Positions 11,149 through 23,698 of a DNA stretch of 64,000 bases are shown here, piece by piece (position 1 is the stretch's first letter; the number at the start of each line of letters is the position of its first letter). This DNA is from Rhizodiscina lignyota (taxonomy: Eukaryota). A program made the translations under genes and the position numbers. The notes under the pieces were generated by a model, which was not told where the DNA came from, ran no database searches, and saw only the letters and a list, made by a program, of their open reading frames with translations. The DNA is taken from contig ML978125.1 of the NCBI GenBank assembly GCA_010015805.1, positions 372,001 to 436,000 on the forward strand, written 5' to 3'.

Positions 11149-13685
11149 TCTGTAGATGTTCACTGTAATAGAAAAGATATGTATGTTCATTGTCAAGAGA
11201 GTTCAGATGCAGAAGTGAACTATTAGTCATGGTGTGTGCTATCGAAACGCAATCACGTCAATGTGCATTGTGTGGGAGTTCAACGCTAGACGTAGACACG
11301 TAGGTATGGACTCACAGACCAACAACCACAGAAAGCTACCCACATGTCAAGGGTCAAAAATAGTGAAACGTCACTCTGCCTATGTCTCTATAGCTGGCAT
11401 ACATTCTTCGCATCGATTGATCGCCGTATTTCATAGCTTAACGATCCCAAAGAATGTACGGCATTGCATAAAAGTGAGGCTCTGTCGGTACCTTACGGAG
11501 GAGTCATCGTCGTCTTCTCCTAATTTGGAGCTGACTTGGGCAAAGTCAAGACTGAAGCAAAGTCGAGGTACCCGCTGTTAGTTGTCGTAGATTTGGTCTT
11601 ACGGTGGGTAGGACAGCCTTGTCCTGGCACATGGAAGTGGTGAACGGGAACATACTCCGAAGTAAAGCGGTGTGGTGGTTCGAGAAGGGTTTTGAAGCCG
11701 TTGGCAGCGCTAGGCCGTATGTGGCTTTTGATCCCACGCCTTTCCGAAAACGGCTCTTGGGCAACCCACGGCCCCGGCCCAGCGCAATTGGCGGGAGCTG
11801 GGATAATTCACACGACTCACTGGCCCTGCTGGTCTCAGTCTTCTCGATGCAAACGCAGAGCCGCAGTGTACTTTCAGGATAAAGGGTCGGCCCCTCATCA
11901 TCTGGCCTTACTCAGGTCAGTTGAACGGACTCCAACGAGTGGAAGACTTCACTGCAAGAGTCATTTTATATTTTTGTCCCTTTCAAATCGCACTTCGTAG
12001 TCTCGCACTTTATCCCTTACATTGGTTTGCTTTCCACGAATGGGATGACCGAGTCTTCCCATCTTCATCGCGCCGCTCGTGCCAAACGATTCACTCTTTA
12101 GCAACTTCTGATCTCACAGCCCGGGCCACACTTTCGTATTTGTGACAGAGAGTACTACTCCACAATCACAGACGGTGGACGGTGGCTATCGTGGAGCCCG
12201 CGTTTCGATTTTGGTCCGATGTAGAGTTTTATTCTTTACATTAAGGTTTCTTGCTGCAAACAATCCCCAGTACATTCTTGCCAGCCTGTCCAAAGGCCTC
12301 AACGAAAGCCTGTAAGTCAACACGCCTCCTCTTCCGCACATATGCTTATCCTGAATAGAAAGGCTTGCCGAATCGCATGTAAGATGCGTGTTTGCTGACG
12401 TCCGTCAACCGCAGGGTACTCGCGGCCATTGAATAGGAATGATACTCCTTGATGAACATCCTTTCCTACAGTTTCACGTCTCGTTCACATCCTTTCTGGC
12501 GGGCATCGGCGATCCCTGCCAGTCTAGCAGGCGACCAGAAGTCCTCCGAAGCATTCTGCTCAAGATAGCGATGGATAGAGGAGCCATTTCCACCACTTCC
12601 GTGGACGCCCGGTGAAACTACACTCTGGAAAATAGGATCACAATAGGTGCCGTCGCTTGTTCCTATACTTCTATGAGCCTTCCATTCGGGGCCGGTAATA
12701 GCAACTCACTCACTCTGTGTCTGTATACAACACCGGTTACACTCGTCCACCCTGGCATCATCAACACGACCGGACGCACTCCGGAGTGGAACCCATGTCC
12801 CTATGAACAGGAGCTCTCTGTTGCGGATTTCCTGCATTGGCCGCGCCCACCCGGATGTGTGCTGAAGGTCTTGCGTGAGATATACCAATGTTTCAAAGAC
12901 TGTCTCTTTAACTGAAGAGTTACCTGACGGAAGAGGGCTTCGAGACTTATTGACCATGGGTTTGGAAGCTGATCTTTAAAGATGGGAAGATAGCAGAAGG
13001 GATTACCACGTCACTAACCGACGTGCAGGATAACTACCTTCATTGGACTAGTCGAAGAGGTCGCTCGTGGACAGAGATGTTGCCTGGGGACATAACAGAA
13101 TCTCCTAATAGGGATATTGTCCTGGTGGCTGAGGCTTGAGGGCAGCGAATGGACGTTCACTTCGCCAATTGGATATGTCTCTGCTTTCACCCAGGAATCA
13201 GATTGTTCCGGACCAGAGGCCGAGGAGCGCCCCGTATCGGTTTCCAGTGTCTGATCCAGGCCGAAGCATAAAAGTACCAATTCCCTGGAGCGTCATTCTG
13301 GGCGGAACACGGGCCTTCTCCCCAGACGAAATATTACAGGATGGGCAGCACCACAGAGCTATTCACTTCAACAGGTTCTTGAAGTGCAATAAAACGAGAA
13401 ATGCTGTCCGTTTCTTAATGGAAGCTCTTGACCGGAAAAGTCTAAGCCTGAAGAGGATATTGTCCTCTGTAGTGATTGGCCACTCTGATCCTGGCTCTCC
13501 TGCAATGACAGGGGTCCACAAGATGCATCGACGGCCTCACCACCCCAGCACCCACAGTACTACCAACAGGCGCATCTGGTCACAGTTCGAAACCCACGCG
13601 GATATCATCTGTCCCCAAAAGTTACAGAAGAGAACGTTTCCAAGCGCTAATCAATTATCATCGATCGAATTGTCCCAACTTTCCG

Positions 13686-14821
13686 ATGCTCAAATACGCA
13701 ACAGTCAATTACACATTCGTGGGCGCGCCGAAGCGCCAATACACACCTCGCATTCCCAAGAAAATATTGGAGGATGAGAAGCACCATGTCGATGCGCTGT
13801 TGAAGCAGCATCCGCGCTCCCCAGTAAAATTTGCGGCCGATGGGAGGAGACTTCATAACATTTATCGGACGTATGTTCTGATCGTAGCTGTATCGTAAAT
13901 CTAACCTGACGCATCCCCAGCAAGAGACAGTGCAAATACCTTCTGGAGAAATCGCGGAATGTGGGGAACGTAGAGTCCTGCAAAGAGGCTCCACCATCTT
14001 ATCCAAACACCAGCGAGTCTTCCAGTTCTTCTCTCCAGCACGAATTCGATGCAATAAAGGCACCTTCGCTTCAGACCGAACTCCAATGGGAATACGTCGA
14101 TCCGAACGAACGTTCAATTCAAATCGGCCCATGTCTCCCACGCGGCCTGGCAGACCTGCTCTTCGCCCGTTTGTACGATGAGACCTTGCAATCAAAACTA
14201 AAAGGAGGGACAGAAACAGCAGAGATGTGGACAACCAGAGTATCGGAAAGAGAAGAAAATGTGTCTATGGCGACTTTGGATTCTGTGTGCTGCTCAGAAA
14301 TTGCCGGTTCTGTCCTCGTAAGACCATCACTGGGCCAAGTCTCTTCGATTCAAGAGTGCTTCACTGCAACTACGAATCCAATGTCCTTAATCTTGACTTC
14401 CTCGTCAATTAAGAACATCGGCTCTCGCGAAACTTTGGTCACGTCTGGAAATACATGTCGACCCTCACCAGCTCCTGACAACTCGCTCGCAACCCGCTCA
14501 TCTCTGGCTCGGCCTAATGCGCTCTCCAGTTCGGAATTTGACAAGCGAATGAAGGAACCCAGTGGAAAAGCGCTTCAAGGAGCTTGCTCAAAAGCCAATG
14601 AAAACGAAAGGCGCTGGCTGTGCCATGAATGCGGGGACGTGTGGAACTATGACGGCGTGCCGTCTTGCCCTTGGTGTAACCATGAGGCCTGCGAATTTTG
14701 TTGGGGTTGGCTTGAGCAATGTGTTGATCACTCAGAATGGGGTGCTCTCACTGTGACCGCAACCATCTCGCCACCCCATCAAATCTCTCTAGGATCGCCT
14801 TCGGAATTCCTTGGGACGTAG
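13686..14821 (+). CDS. Hypothetical protein with a degenerate Clr5-like domain and a C-terminal Cys/His zinc-binding motif; 5' end uncertain, with possible upstream exons back to about 12000
   Basis: Intron 13871-13920 (GTATGT..CTAAC..CAG) joins the two ORFs in frame: TPRIPKKILEDEKHHVDALL..HNIYRTKRQCKYLLEK. Later WLCHECG..CPWCNHEACEFC. The frame stays open upstream to a possible acceptor at 13511. Confidence 0.55.
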
Positions 14822-15828
14822 CCTTTACTTGGTATATTCAAATCCTTGCGGAAGTGATAGAGGGGACCCGATTATCGCCTCCGCTGTTTTCCCTCCAGAT
14901 TGGTCTGCAGTCCTTGAACAACTCTGACCGAAGTCGTCGGGTTGTATTAGTGGTGTTGGGGGAGAGACACCTTTGAGCGGGTGCTGCTTCATCTATCGAG
15001 AGGTGTCGGGTGTGATCGAAATCTAGATGCTCGGATTTACGGACTCTTCTTGCTTGAGACGCCCTGACATGGACGACGGATTTTTGAGAAGATATTGTTG
15101 CCGATGTTAATGAAAGCGACCAACAACTATCATCGATTTAGAACTTCGTTCAAGAGACTCCCTTGACGGTTACGAAAAGGTTGCACCATATCTTCTACAT
15201 GTCGAGAGGTAAGATATGGAATCTCTCTGACCAATATACAACATATTTGGTGAAGCCATGTGATCCCGATGGACACTGGCTTAACCAGAAATACATGCCT
15301 GCTTGAGAGCCACATCTCGTATACTAAACTCTCCCCTGCTCCAGCGAGGACAACCACTTCATCTAATCTATGGTATACTGTGTAAAGCTTGGAATGATAT
15401 ACTACTCTCTTTGTACTGAGGCAGAAGAGTACCAATAGATGATTTTCATTGATGGCGTTCAACCTTGATAAATACTGACTGAATCATACCAATCCGTACT
15501 TTCCATTGAGAGTCTAAATCCCGCAGAAGAGCAAAACCCCTCTGCACTCCACCTGCTTGACTTTGTGGTAAATGCAATTTCATTTAGCCTGGATTGAGCT
15601 GGGCGAAAGAGCGAGTATCCCGGGAGTGACATGTAGACACACCGGAGATCGACCAATCCTGGGGGCTTACCCCACCTAAATTCGGTACCATCCCAACCCT
15701 ACCCTTCGCTCCCGGGTACATCCATGAAAATTGCTTGGCAAGCGGCGTGAAACGGCTTTCATATTGAACCTCTTCTCTCCTCAACGAACAAACAAAAACA
15801 ACACGGGGATCGAAATTCCAACTGCGCT

Positions 15829-17603
15829 ATGGCGAAAGTAGTGAACGCAGATGTGAAATCCTCACCCACCGCGGGTAGAGGGTTATTCGCAACCAAAGAC
15901 ATTCCACAAGGAGGCCTCATTCTTTCGATCCAAAGGCCACTCGTTGCGGCGTTGGACATGCCTCGACTTGCAGACACTTGCTCAAACTGCTTCACCTGGA
16001 CCGCTTTATCTGCGATAGACAGCCGTGGGCCGTCGGGCAGTGTACCAACAGTTCAAGCTTGCACTGGATGTAGATTACTGAGGTACTGCAGTAAGGTAAG
16101 GTGAGTCCGGAAGAGATCGCATCTACGTCGATGTTTCGCGACACGAACGCTTCGTTCATGTTTTTGCATTTTTATGTTCGGAATTTTCACTAATTGAATG
16201 GCTTCAGAAATGCCAAGCCGAATCATGGAAGAGACATCATAAGTACGAGTGCAAAGTCATGGGAGAATTTATGAGTGGCGAATCTGGCAAAGAAGTGCCT
16301 CATATTGTCCGCGCCGTGATGCAGGTACTCATTATGGAAGCCAAGAAAGTTATGTCCCAGGAGGACGCACAGGCTCTTCACCAGCTCGAGAGTCATTTTA
16401 ATCATATGCGAAGCACTGGCGGTAAGTGGGCCGAAATGAGTATTCTTGCGAGGGGTGCGTGGACGTTCTCTGGCACGCAGTCCACGTTTGATATTGATAC
16501 GGCAGAGGAGATGTTCTCACGGGTATGTTTCTTCCACATCTCATAGAACGAGTTTCGAACTAATTGTTCCGTAGCTGCTCACAAACTGTCTCACGCTCGT
16601 AACCCCGACCTTTGACCCTCTAGGCCTCGTGTTAGACCCCTTGGCTGCGAGAGCCAACCATTCTTGTGATCCCAATGCCGTCGTGGTCATGGATGGCCCT
16701 GAGCTCAGTTTTCGGACATTAAAGCCCATTGGGAAGGACGAAGAGATCTTCATCTCCTACATCGACGTCACCAACCCGTTCGCGCGAAGGCAGGACGAGC
16801 TTAAGGAGCGTTACTTCTTCAACTGCAAATGCTCAAAGTGTCGACTAGGTCCAACTCAAAAGGAAGACAAATGGGCACTGTCACCAGACAAGCTACCCGG
16901 AGCTTGGGCCGAGACTGCAGATGTCATCATTGCAAGTGCACCGCACATTGTCAAGGACCCGGTGTCTTTCGTGGGCGATGACAAGTCGTCCCAGAGGCTC
17001 ACTGCTCTACAATATACCGCCTTTTCAGAGTTGGAACATGCGAGACGCATGAGTGAGCCTTCAGCCATGGTTAGGATATTGGAAGGGGGCATGAAGACTT
17101 GCTTCCAGAGCAAGATGTGGCCTGTCTACCGCCAACCATATCCTGCCCTACGAGACGACCTCATAGTCGCATACATATCTTCTGGAGAGTCTGCTCGGTT
17201 CCTCTCGGCGTTCGTGCACGGTGTGAAGCGATACTTTCAAATCGACCCGGTCCTGTTCCCACAACCATTCCATCCTGTCCGCGTCGTACATACTTACACA
17301 CTGGCAACGCTTGCTCTGTGGCTTTCTTCTGCCCCCGAAGATTGTCCCATGGATGCCATGAAGTTTCTGGAACATGGTATTGACCTTGGTGTTGTCATTT
17401 TTGGGCTGCTGGTTGAAGTGCACGACAACGTACAGAAGAGCCATGGGCAGAACAGCAGCTTTGCAAAGATAATTCAGAAGAAGTTTGAGGAGATGAGAAC
17501 GGACATAACGAGAGGAGATGCGGGTATGATCGCACAGGTGATGGGGAAGATCGAATCGCAGTGGAGCACGCTCCGAGCGTTCGGACTGGAGCTGGAAGTG
17601 TGA
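15829..17603 (+). CDS. SET and MYND domain (SMYD-type) protein lysine methyltransferase
   Basis: Exons 15829-16095, 16208-16522 and 16575-17603. GRGLFATKDI (SET-N), MYND CSNC..CTGC..YCSKKCQ..W..HHKYEC, ANHSCDPN, EEIFISY and post-SET YFFNCKCSKC. Confidence 0.93.
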
Positions 17604-17833
17604 AAGGCTGCATCGCTTTGAATTCGTTATGGGTTTCCTTTAACCAGATTCACTTAGCATTTTAAGCCTTCTGGTTGTTGCTGTTTCGTTTAGCGTTCAT
17701 ATGTTGCTGCCTGATTTATGAGTACTTAAACTCCACTGCCCCTTTCCTTTCTTCCTCCACCAACTTCTCGCAAACCTTGCCTTCTCACTAAATTCAGACT
17801 TCCAAAAGCCACCAAACAACAGCAACAACCATT

Positions 17834-18356
17834 ATGCCTTCACCAGATGCTGGTCGTGTCATCACGTATTTCGAAGCTGTGGCAATACTTGCCCAGCTGC
17901 TCCACAGTGGCAACTCGCTCAACTACAACAAGATCGAGGCTGTCACTGGTGACAAGGTCGCCGGTGTCTACCTCAGGCGCATGAAGACTCTCGTGAGGGA
18001 TGCTAAGATGATTAGCGACGACTGGAAGAACGGCGGCAGTGGACGTCTCTCCGATCTCATCGAAAACGAGCTCAGCCGTGAGTGACACTTCCACCACGTA
18101 TCGTTTTTCTTAAGTTTTACTAAACAGCAGCATGACAGGCAACACCAGTGGCGTCGACGCTACTGCTCCAGCTGCAGCCCCAGTTCAGCGTAGTTCCAAG
18201 ACGCGCAAATCTCTGGCTCCCGCGGGAAAGAGAGTCAACATCAAGAAAGTGAAGAAGGAAAATGATGAGAATGTTGAGGGCGAGAACAGGGAAGAAGTCG
18301 AAGTTGAGGAAGAAACAATGGATTGGTTGGACTTGGAGGAGGGATATTCGATTTGA
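17834..18356 (+). CDS. Small nuclear protein, Myb-like helical N-terminus with basic/acidic tail (paralog A)
   Basis: Intron 18078-18138 (GTGAGT..TACTAAA..CAG) joins the two ORFs in frame. Aligns by eye with the gene at 19176. Confidence 0.7.
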
Positions 18357-19175
18357 GCAGTACCCTCTGTATTCCGGGCTTAAAGGTCTGGCACTCCATT
18401 TTCGATCTGCAAACTCTCCCGACATAGAGATTTGTGGACGGGAAAACTTCTTCTGCACTATTCATGTATCGGGGGAAATTCTGGCTTTCCTGAGGTTGGT
18501 TGCGTAGGACATCTGGGCACTTGGTTTCGAGCAAGCGAGATTTACTTCATTCGGCACGAGCAGACGAGCAACACAACCTCGTCTAATTGCTCGTAAAGAG
18601 CTCTAAAAGGTTTCAAACGACGATTATTTTATAAATCTGTGCATGTTGAGACATAAATTTTGAAATGGTTCTCCTCACATTTGCTCGCTGGAGTTGCTGC
18701 AGCTGACCGCGCTTCAGATTTTACATATCACATTTCACTCGACTCTACGCAACCAAACACACCAGCCCACAACCTGCATGAGCGCAGCCTTGCGTCATCC
18801 CGCCTCGCTAAATTAGCTGTTTCAGGCATCCATTTCTCCCATAAATTCGCACTTCTCACTCTCTGCTTCGTTCCTTTCCAACTCCAACCTTCTCTCCTCC
18901 GCACATACAGCTTCCACTCTCTGAGTTGAAACTACAAGCAACTGTCCTTTGCCTAAGCAACAATTACCTGACAAATCGTCAAGGTAAGTACATAGTTCGC
19001 ATAGTCCTCTGATCTGCCGCCGCGCGCAAACCTTTTGGTGTTCACACTTGATTCACTTCAACTTCACTCCAACTCCACGAACACCGCTCATTCTACTCCT
19101 CCCACTGTCCCACACCACTCAAAATTCAACGAAAGCTGAGCTAGTAACAGAATCCAATCTAAGAACTGAACCATC

Positions 19176-19873
19176 ATGCCACCAAAGGCTACCGTTGTCG
19201 GTGACAAGAGCTTCCCTCAGAGCGTCGTCGTCACCTTGGTCGCTCAGCTCGTCAAGAATGGCGGCAAACCCGACTACAACCTCATGAGTGGCTATGATGC
19301 CCACAAGGGCGGCGACACCACTCAGTCCGGCTATGAGCACCAGTTCCGCGTCGTCCTCGCGGAGGCGAAGGAGCTCGTCAAGAGCCTCGACAAGGGCGTC
19401 ACGTACGCTCCCGTCCCTCCCAAAGCTCGTGGTAAGTTTCTCGCAACACAATATTCCCTTTCACACGACAGTGGTCTTTTGTAACACAGACAGGCACTGC
19501 CACTTCGCCCAGTAAGAAGCGCCATGGCCCACCGACCGGCACGGATGACGAAGACGACGAGCCCACCCCGAAGCCGGCGAAGGTCACCAAGAAGAGGGCC
19601 ATCAAGAAGCAGAAGGTCAAGAAGGAGCCTGTCGATGAGACCGAGGAGGATGTTGAGCAGCAGGTTGCGCTCTCGCCCGTTGATGATGACACGTTCGTGG
19701 ACTTTGCTCTTTGCTCTTCAGACACTGGAATTGCTCACAATAGCACAGAATCTGTTGAACCTGCTCAAGCCTACGACGATGATGCGACTGGCATCCACAC
19801 TTACGGTACCTGGTACTACGACGCCAGTGTGGAGCTTGGTGGCATCCATCTTGAGCTTTTTCCATCCGTCTAG
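19176..19873 (+). CDS. Small nuclear protein, Myb-like helical N-terminus with basic/acidic tail (paralog B)
   Basis: Intron 19432-19493 (GTAAGT..CAG), possible in-frame intron 19693-19743 and probable 5'UTR intron 18984-19150. Strong C-ending codon bias. LVAQL..PDYNLM..YEHQFR..AK followed by Lys-rich NLS-like stretches. Confidence 0.78.
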
Positions 19874-20831
19874 TCTCTTTTCTGGTGTTGCATGATGGCG
19901 AATGGCGGCACATGATGGGTTGTCTTTTCTCTGGGCGGTATGATGCATGGCGGCGGCGGTTTCTTCATTTCCTTTCAATTCTCTCACACATGGTGGCACA
20001 TCGGCTGCCATCAGTCATAGGCAGATCCACATAACACTTCAATGGACATCAATGGATCTGCATACCTCGGCCTTAAATTTAAGCCTACTATCATAAGTGA
20101 ACGCCCTCGCATGTTTCGATGAGCATGACATATGATTTCTGTACCATTTCAGCTGGTACGCGGTAATAAGCTGCTTTGGTACCTCAATTAAGACACATGA
20201 TGCTGGGTGGATCTGTACACTAGTATAATTGCTCCTCTATGATTAATACAAATTAGATTCGTTTCTATCTCGTTCTACGCGTAAATACGCTCTAATCTAT
20301 ACCAAACCAAAGCTTACGTAATGCTCTCTCATGAGATGAATAGGGGGACTTGGTGTTTTGATGTAGTTTCGACCGGTTTATCCGCTGATGGCTGCTTGGG
20401 CACTTTTTCCAGGGCGGACATGGTCAGCGAAGCGATACACTCTTAGCTCATGCTCTAATACGTGTTGATGGGCATGGCTTCCGTATTTCTATGCCATCTC
20501 GACCGTTATACCGGAGACCAGCAGCCTTAATTTTTTCACTGAAGATAAACACGTTCAGGTTAAGTAGAACTTGCTTTTTTGTTGGTCCCCGCATGCAGCC
20601 ATGTCTACAAACAAGAAGAAAGTAAAGCAGAATAAGCAACACATGCAGAGGGCCGACTCATGCTCATGCCCGAAAAGAAGTATCCCAGAGGTTACGCCAT
20701 CCATAGCGCAGCGTACGGAGAGTTATCCAGTTCCGTTCAGTCCATTTGTCAATCTGCCACCTTGAACATCGTCCACGAATTCGAGCCCTCAGCCCACTTC
20801 ACCACTACAGCCTTTTCCAGACGAAGCCAGC

Positions 20832-23138
20832 TTAACGAGTAGAGAAAGCCTTCGTGACAACCCTCTTCAGCGCAAGCTCCTTCTTCTTCAGATCCTCGCC
20901 ATTCGCGTCCTCAATCTCCAGCTGGGCCATGGCGTCGCTGAGCGCGCTCTCAATCTTCTCCTTCTGGCCACGCTTAAGCTTCAGGCTGGTCGTCGGGTCG
21001 GAGATCATCTCCTCGACGCGCGAGATGTAGCTTTCGAGCTGCTGGCGCGACTCGAAGCGCTTGCTGAACGCCTCGTCGGAGGTCTTGAACTTGGCGGCAT
21101 CTGTTGTGTGTGCGTTAGCTTTCTGCCGGGAAAAGAGGATTAGAGGAGGTGGAGCTTACCGTTGATCATGCTCTCAATCTCCGTGCTGCTCAGTTTCCCG
21201 ACGCTGTTAGAAATAGTAATGTTTGCACTTCTGCCGCTCGTCTTCTCCGTCGCAGTGACCTTCAGGATACCGTTGACGTCGACCTCAAACACCACCTCAA
21301 GGACCGCGTCGCCCGCCTTCATCGGTGGGATGGGTGCGAGCGTGAACTCGCCCAAGCTCGTGTTGTCCTCGCAGTTGACCCTCTCGCCCTGTTTGGCAGA
21401 ATTAGCAATTGAATACTCCATGTCAAGCCTGTTTAAAATTTACCTGGAATACCGGGAACTGGACTGTGGTCTGCGAATCCGCAACTGTAGTAAAAGTTCT
21501 AATTCATGTATCAGTAAATGCTGCTAGTAGCTGCTGTACGAGTAAGGGAGGGGGGGCTGCTTGTTTCCGCTTGCACCGGACGAAAAAGAAAAATAAAGAA
21601 AACAATTTCACTTGCCTCTTCTTCAAGGTAGGCACAGTATTTCCGCGTGGCACGACAGGTGCGAAGATGTTGCCCTCCATGGCAACACCGAGAGAGAGTG
21701 GGACGACATCGAGGAGCAGGAGGTCTGCCGTGTCGGCGGACTGAGCCTTGCCGGAGAGGATACCAGCTTGAACAGCAGCGCCATAGGCGACGGCCTCGTC
21801 GGGGTTGATGCTCTTCTCAAGCTTTTTGCCGTTGAAGAAGTCGGAGAGGAGTTTCTGTATCCTGGGGATACGAGTCGAGCCACCAACGAGCACGATTTCG
21901 TCAACCTTTGCCTTCTCGATGTTGGCATCCTTGAGCACTTGCTCCACGGGTTGGAGAGTGCCGCTGAAGGCCTTGGCATTCAGGTCTTCGAAACGGGCGC
22001 GGGAGATGGTAGTGTTGAAGTCCTCGCCGTCAAAGAGAGAGTCAATCTCGACAGTGGTCTGGGAGGCATTGGACAATGTACGCTTGGCACGCTCGCACGC
22101 AGTACGTAATCTTCTCAGCGCACGCGCATCTCCAGAGAGGTCCTTCTTCGTCTTGCGCGTGAATTCCTTCTTGAAGTGATCGAGCAGGTTGGTATCGAAG
22201 TCCTGGCCACCAAGATGGGTGTCACCGGCCGTAGCCTTGACAGTGAACACGCCACCCTGGATGTGAAGGAGAGAAACATCGAAAGTACCACCACCAAGGT
22301 CGTAGATCATCACATTCCTCTCCTTTTCAGACTTGCCAGAGCCCAAGCCATATGCGATTGCTGCAGCGGTAGGTTCGTTGATGATACGGAGAACGTTCAG
22401 CCCAGCGATAGAGCCAGCATCCTTGGTCGCTTGTCGCTGGTTATCGTTGAAGTAGGCAGGGACGGTGATGACGGCCTTCTCGACCTTCTTGGCCAACTTG
22501 GTTTCGGCAACTTCTTTCATCTATTCTGCGTTAAGACTTGTACTTATTGCGCGTGAGTGAAACATACCTTGCCCAGAACCATGGCGGAAATCTCCTGTGG
22601 CGAGAACGTCTTCCTCTCACCCAAATAATCGACCTCCACCATCGGGCTGCCGTTGTGGTCCGTTACCTTGAACGGCCAAGACTCAATGTCTTTCTTGACC
22701 GTCTCATCGTCGAATCGCCTTCCAATCAAGCGCCTTGCAGTTCCATCAGTATAAGTGTCCTATGCAGCCAGAAACATGTGTATGTGAAGCTCACTTGACG
22801 TCGAAGACGGTATTCTCCGGGTTCATGGCGGCCTGGTTCTTCGCGGCTTCACCGATGAGGCGCTCCTCGTTGGTGAAGCTCACGAAGGACGGAGTGGTGA
22901 AGTTACCCTGCTCATTGGCAACTAAAGTGGATGTTAGCAATTTTTGCTCATAATTCTGCTCAAAATCGTGTGGCACATACTGATTTCGACATTTGTACCC
23001 TCGTAATTCGCGACGCACGAATAGGTTGTGCCTAGGCGGTGGGTGAGCTTCAAATCCTCGAGTATTACGACATTCTGCAACAGGGAGCAGCATACCAAGA
23101 TCAATGCCAATGGCACCTTCGTAGACCTCGTCAGCCAT
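20832..23138 (-). CDS. SSB1: Ribosome-associated Hsp70 chaperone Ssb
   Basis: [46 protein letters not shown]-terminus [11 protein letters not shown] lacks EEVD, as expected for Ssb. Seven predicted introns, including GC-AG 21615-21499, 21443-21389 and 21159-21101. Confidence 0.97.
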
Positions 23139-23698
23139 GATTGCGTATTGATTTTCGTGTGTGGGTTGAAGATTATGAGCGGGAAAGCAAAATGCTCTCG
23201 CGACTTTTTTTGTGCCGGGGCCGGGGTTGCTAGCTGACTTTTGCCATTCCCCGAAGTTTAACCGTCCGATTAGTGAAGGTGAGGCCAACTGTTGAAGCTT
23301 ACGCACGAATCAGATGAAAAGGTCAATAGGTTTGGTTACTTGGCAAAATTCGTAAAGTGGTATTTTCAGGCTATCCCACCGATGAAGCACCATATCGAGT
23401 GAAACCAAAACTGTTGCACATATCCACACGACCGTCCCTCGACGCCGCATTCCACTATCATGATCGTAAAAGCATGCCTTGACGCTCTGCTGAAGGCAGA
23501 AACTGGACGTGAAGCAGATTGCCACAGTCCCTCAAGTCGTTGTCTAGCCGTCACCCAACTTCGCTTCAAAGAGCGCCCCAAATGCCCCAGCGCCGGCCGC
23601 ATATCAACTCTGGGTGTATGTCCCCTACCCCGAGAATGACCTTATGCATTCGTTCATCTACCATGGCCTACAGTCGGCCTCATATCTCTCTCGAGCAT

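Noticed and set aside
16096..16207. Possible stwintron (GTAAG|GTGAGT nested donor)
   Set aside because: No internal branch point plus acceptor that would regenerate an outer donor.
21149..22953. Several plus-strand ORFs antisense to SSB1
   Set aside because: Typical shadow ORFs caused by the strong codon bias of Hsp70 genes; no independent coding signal.
22791..23306. N-terminally extended SSB ORF, and likewise the 7091 start for UTP12 and the 44509 start for the DUF3659 gene
   Set aside because: These use GTG/TTG starts from a bacterial-style ORF caller; the downstream ATGs match the expected eukaryotic starts.
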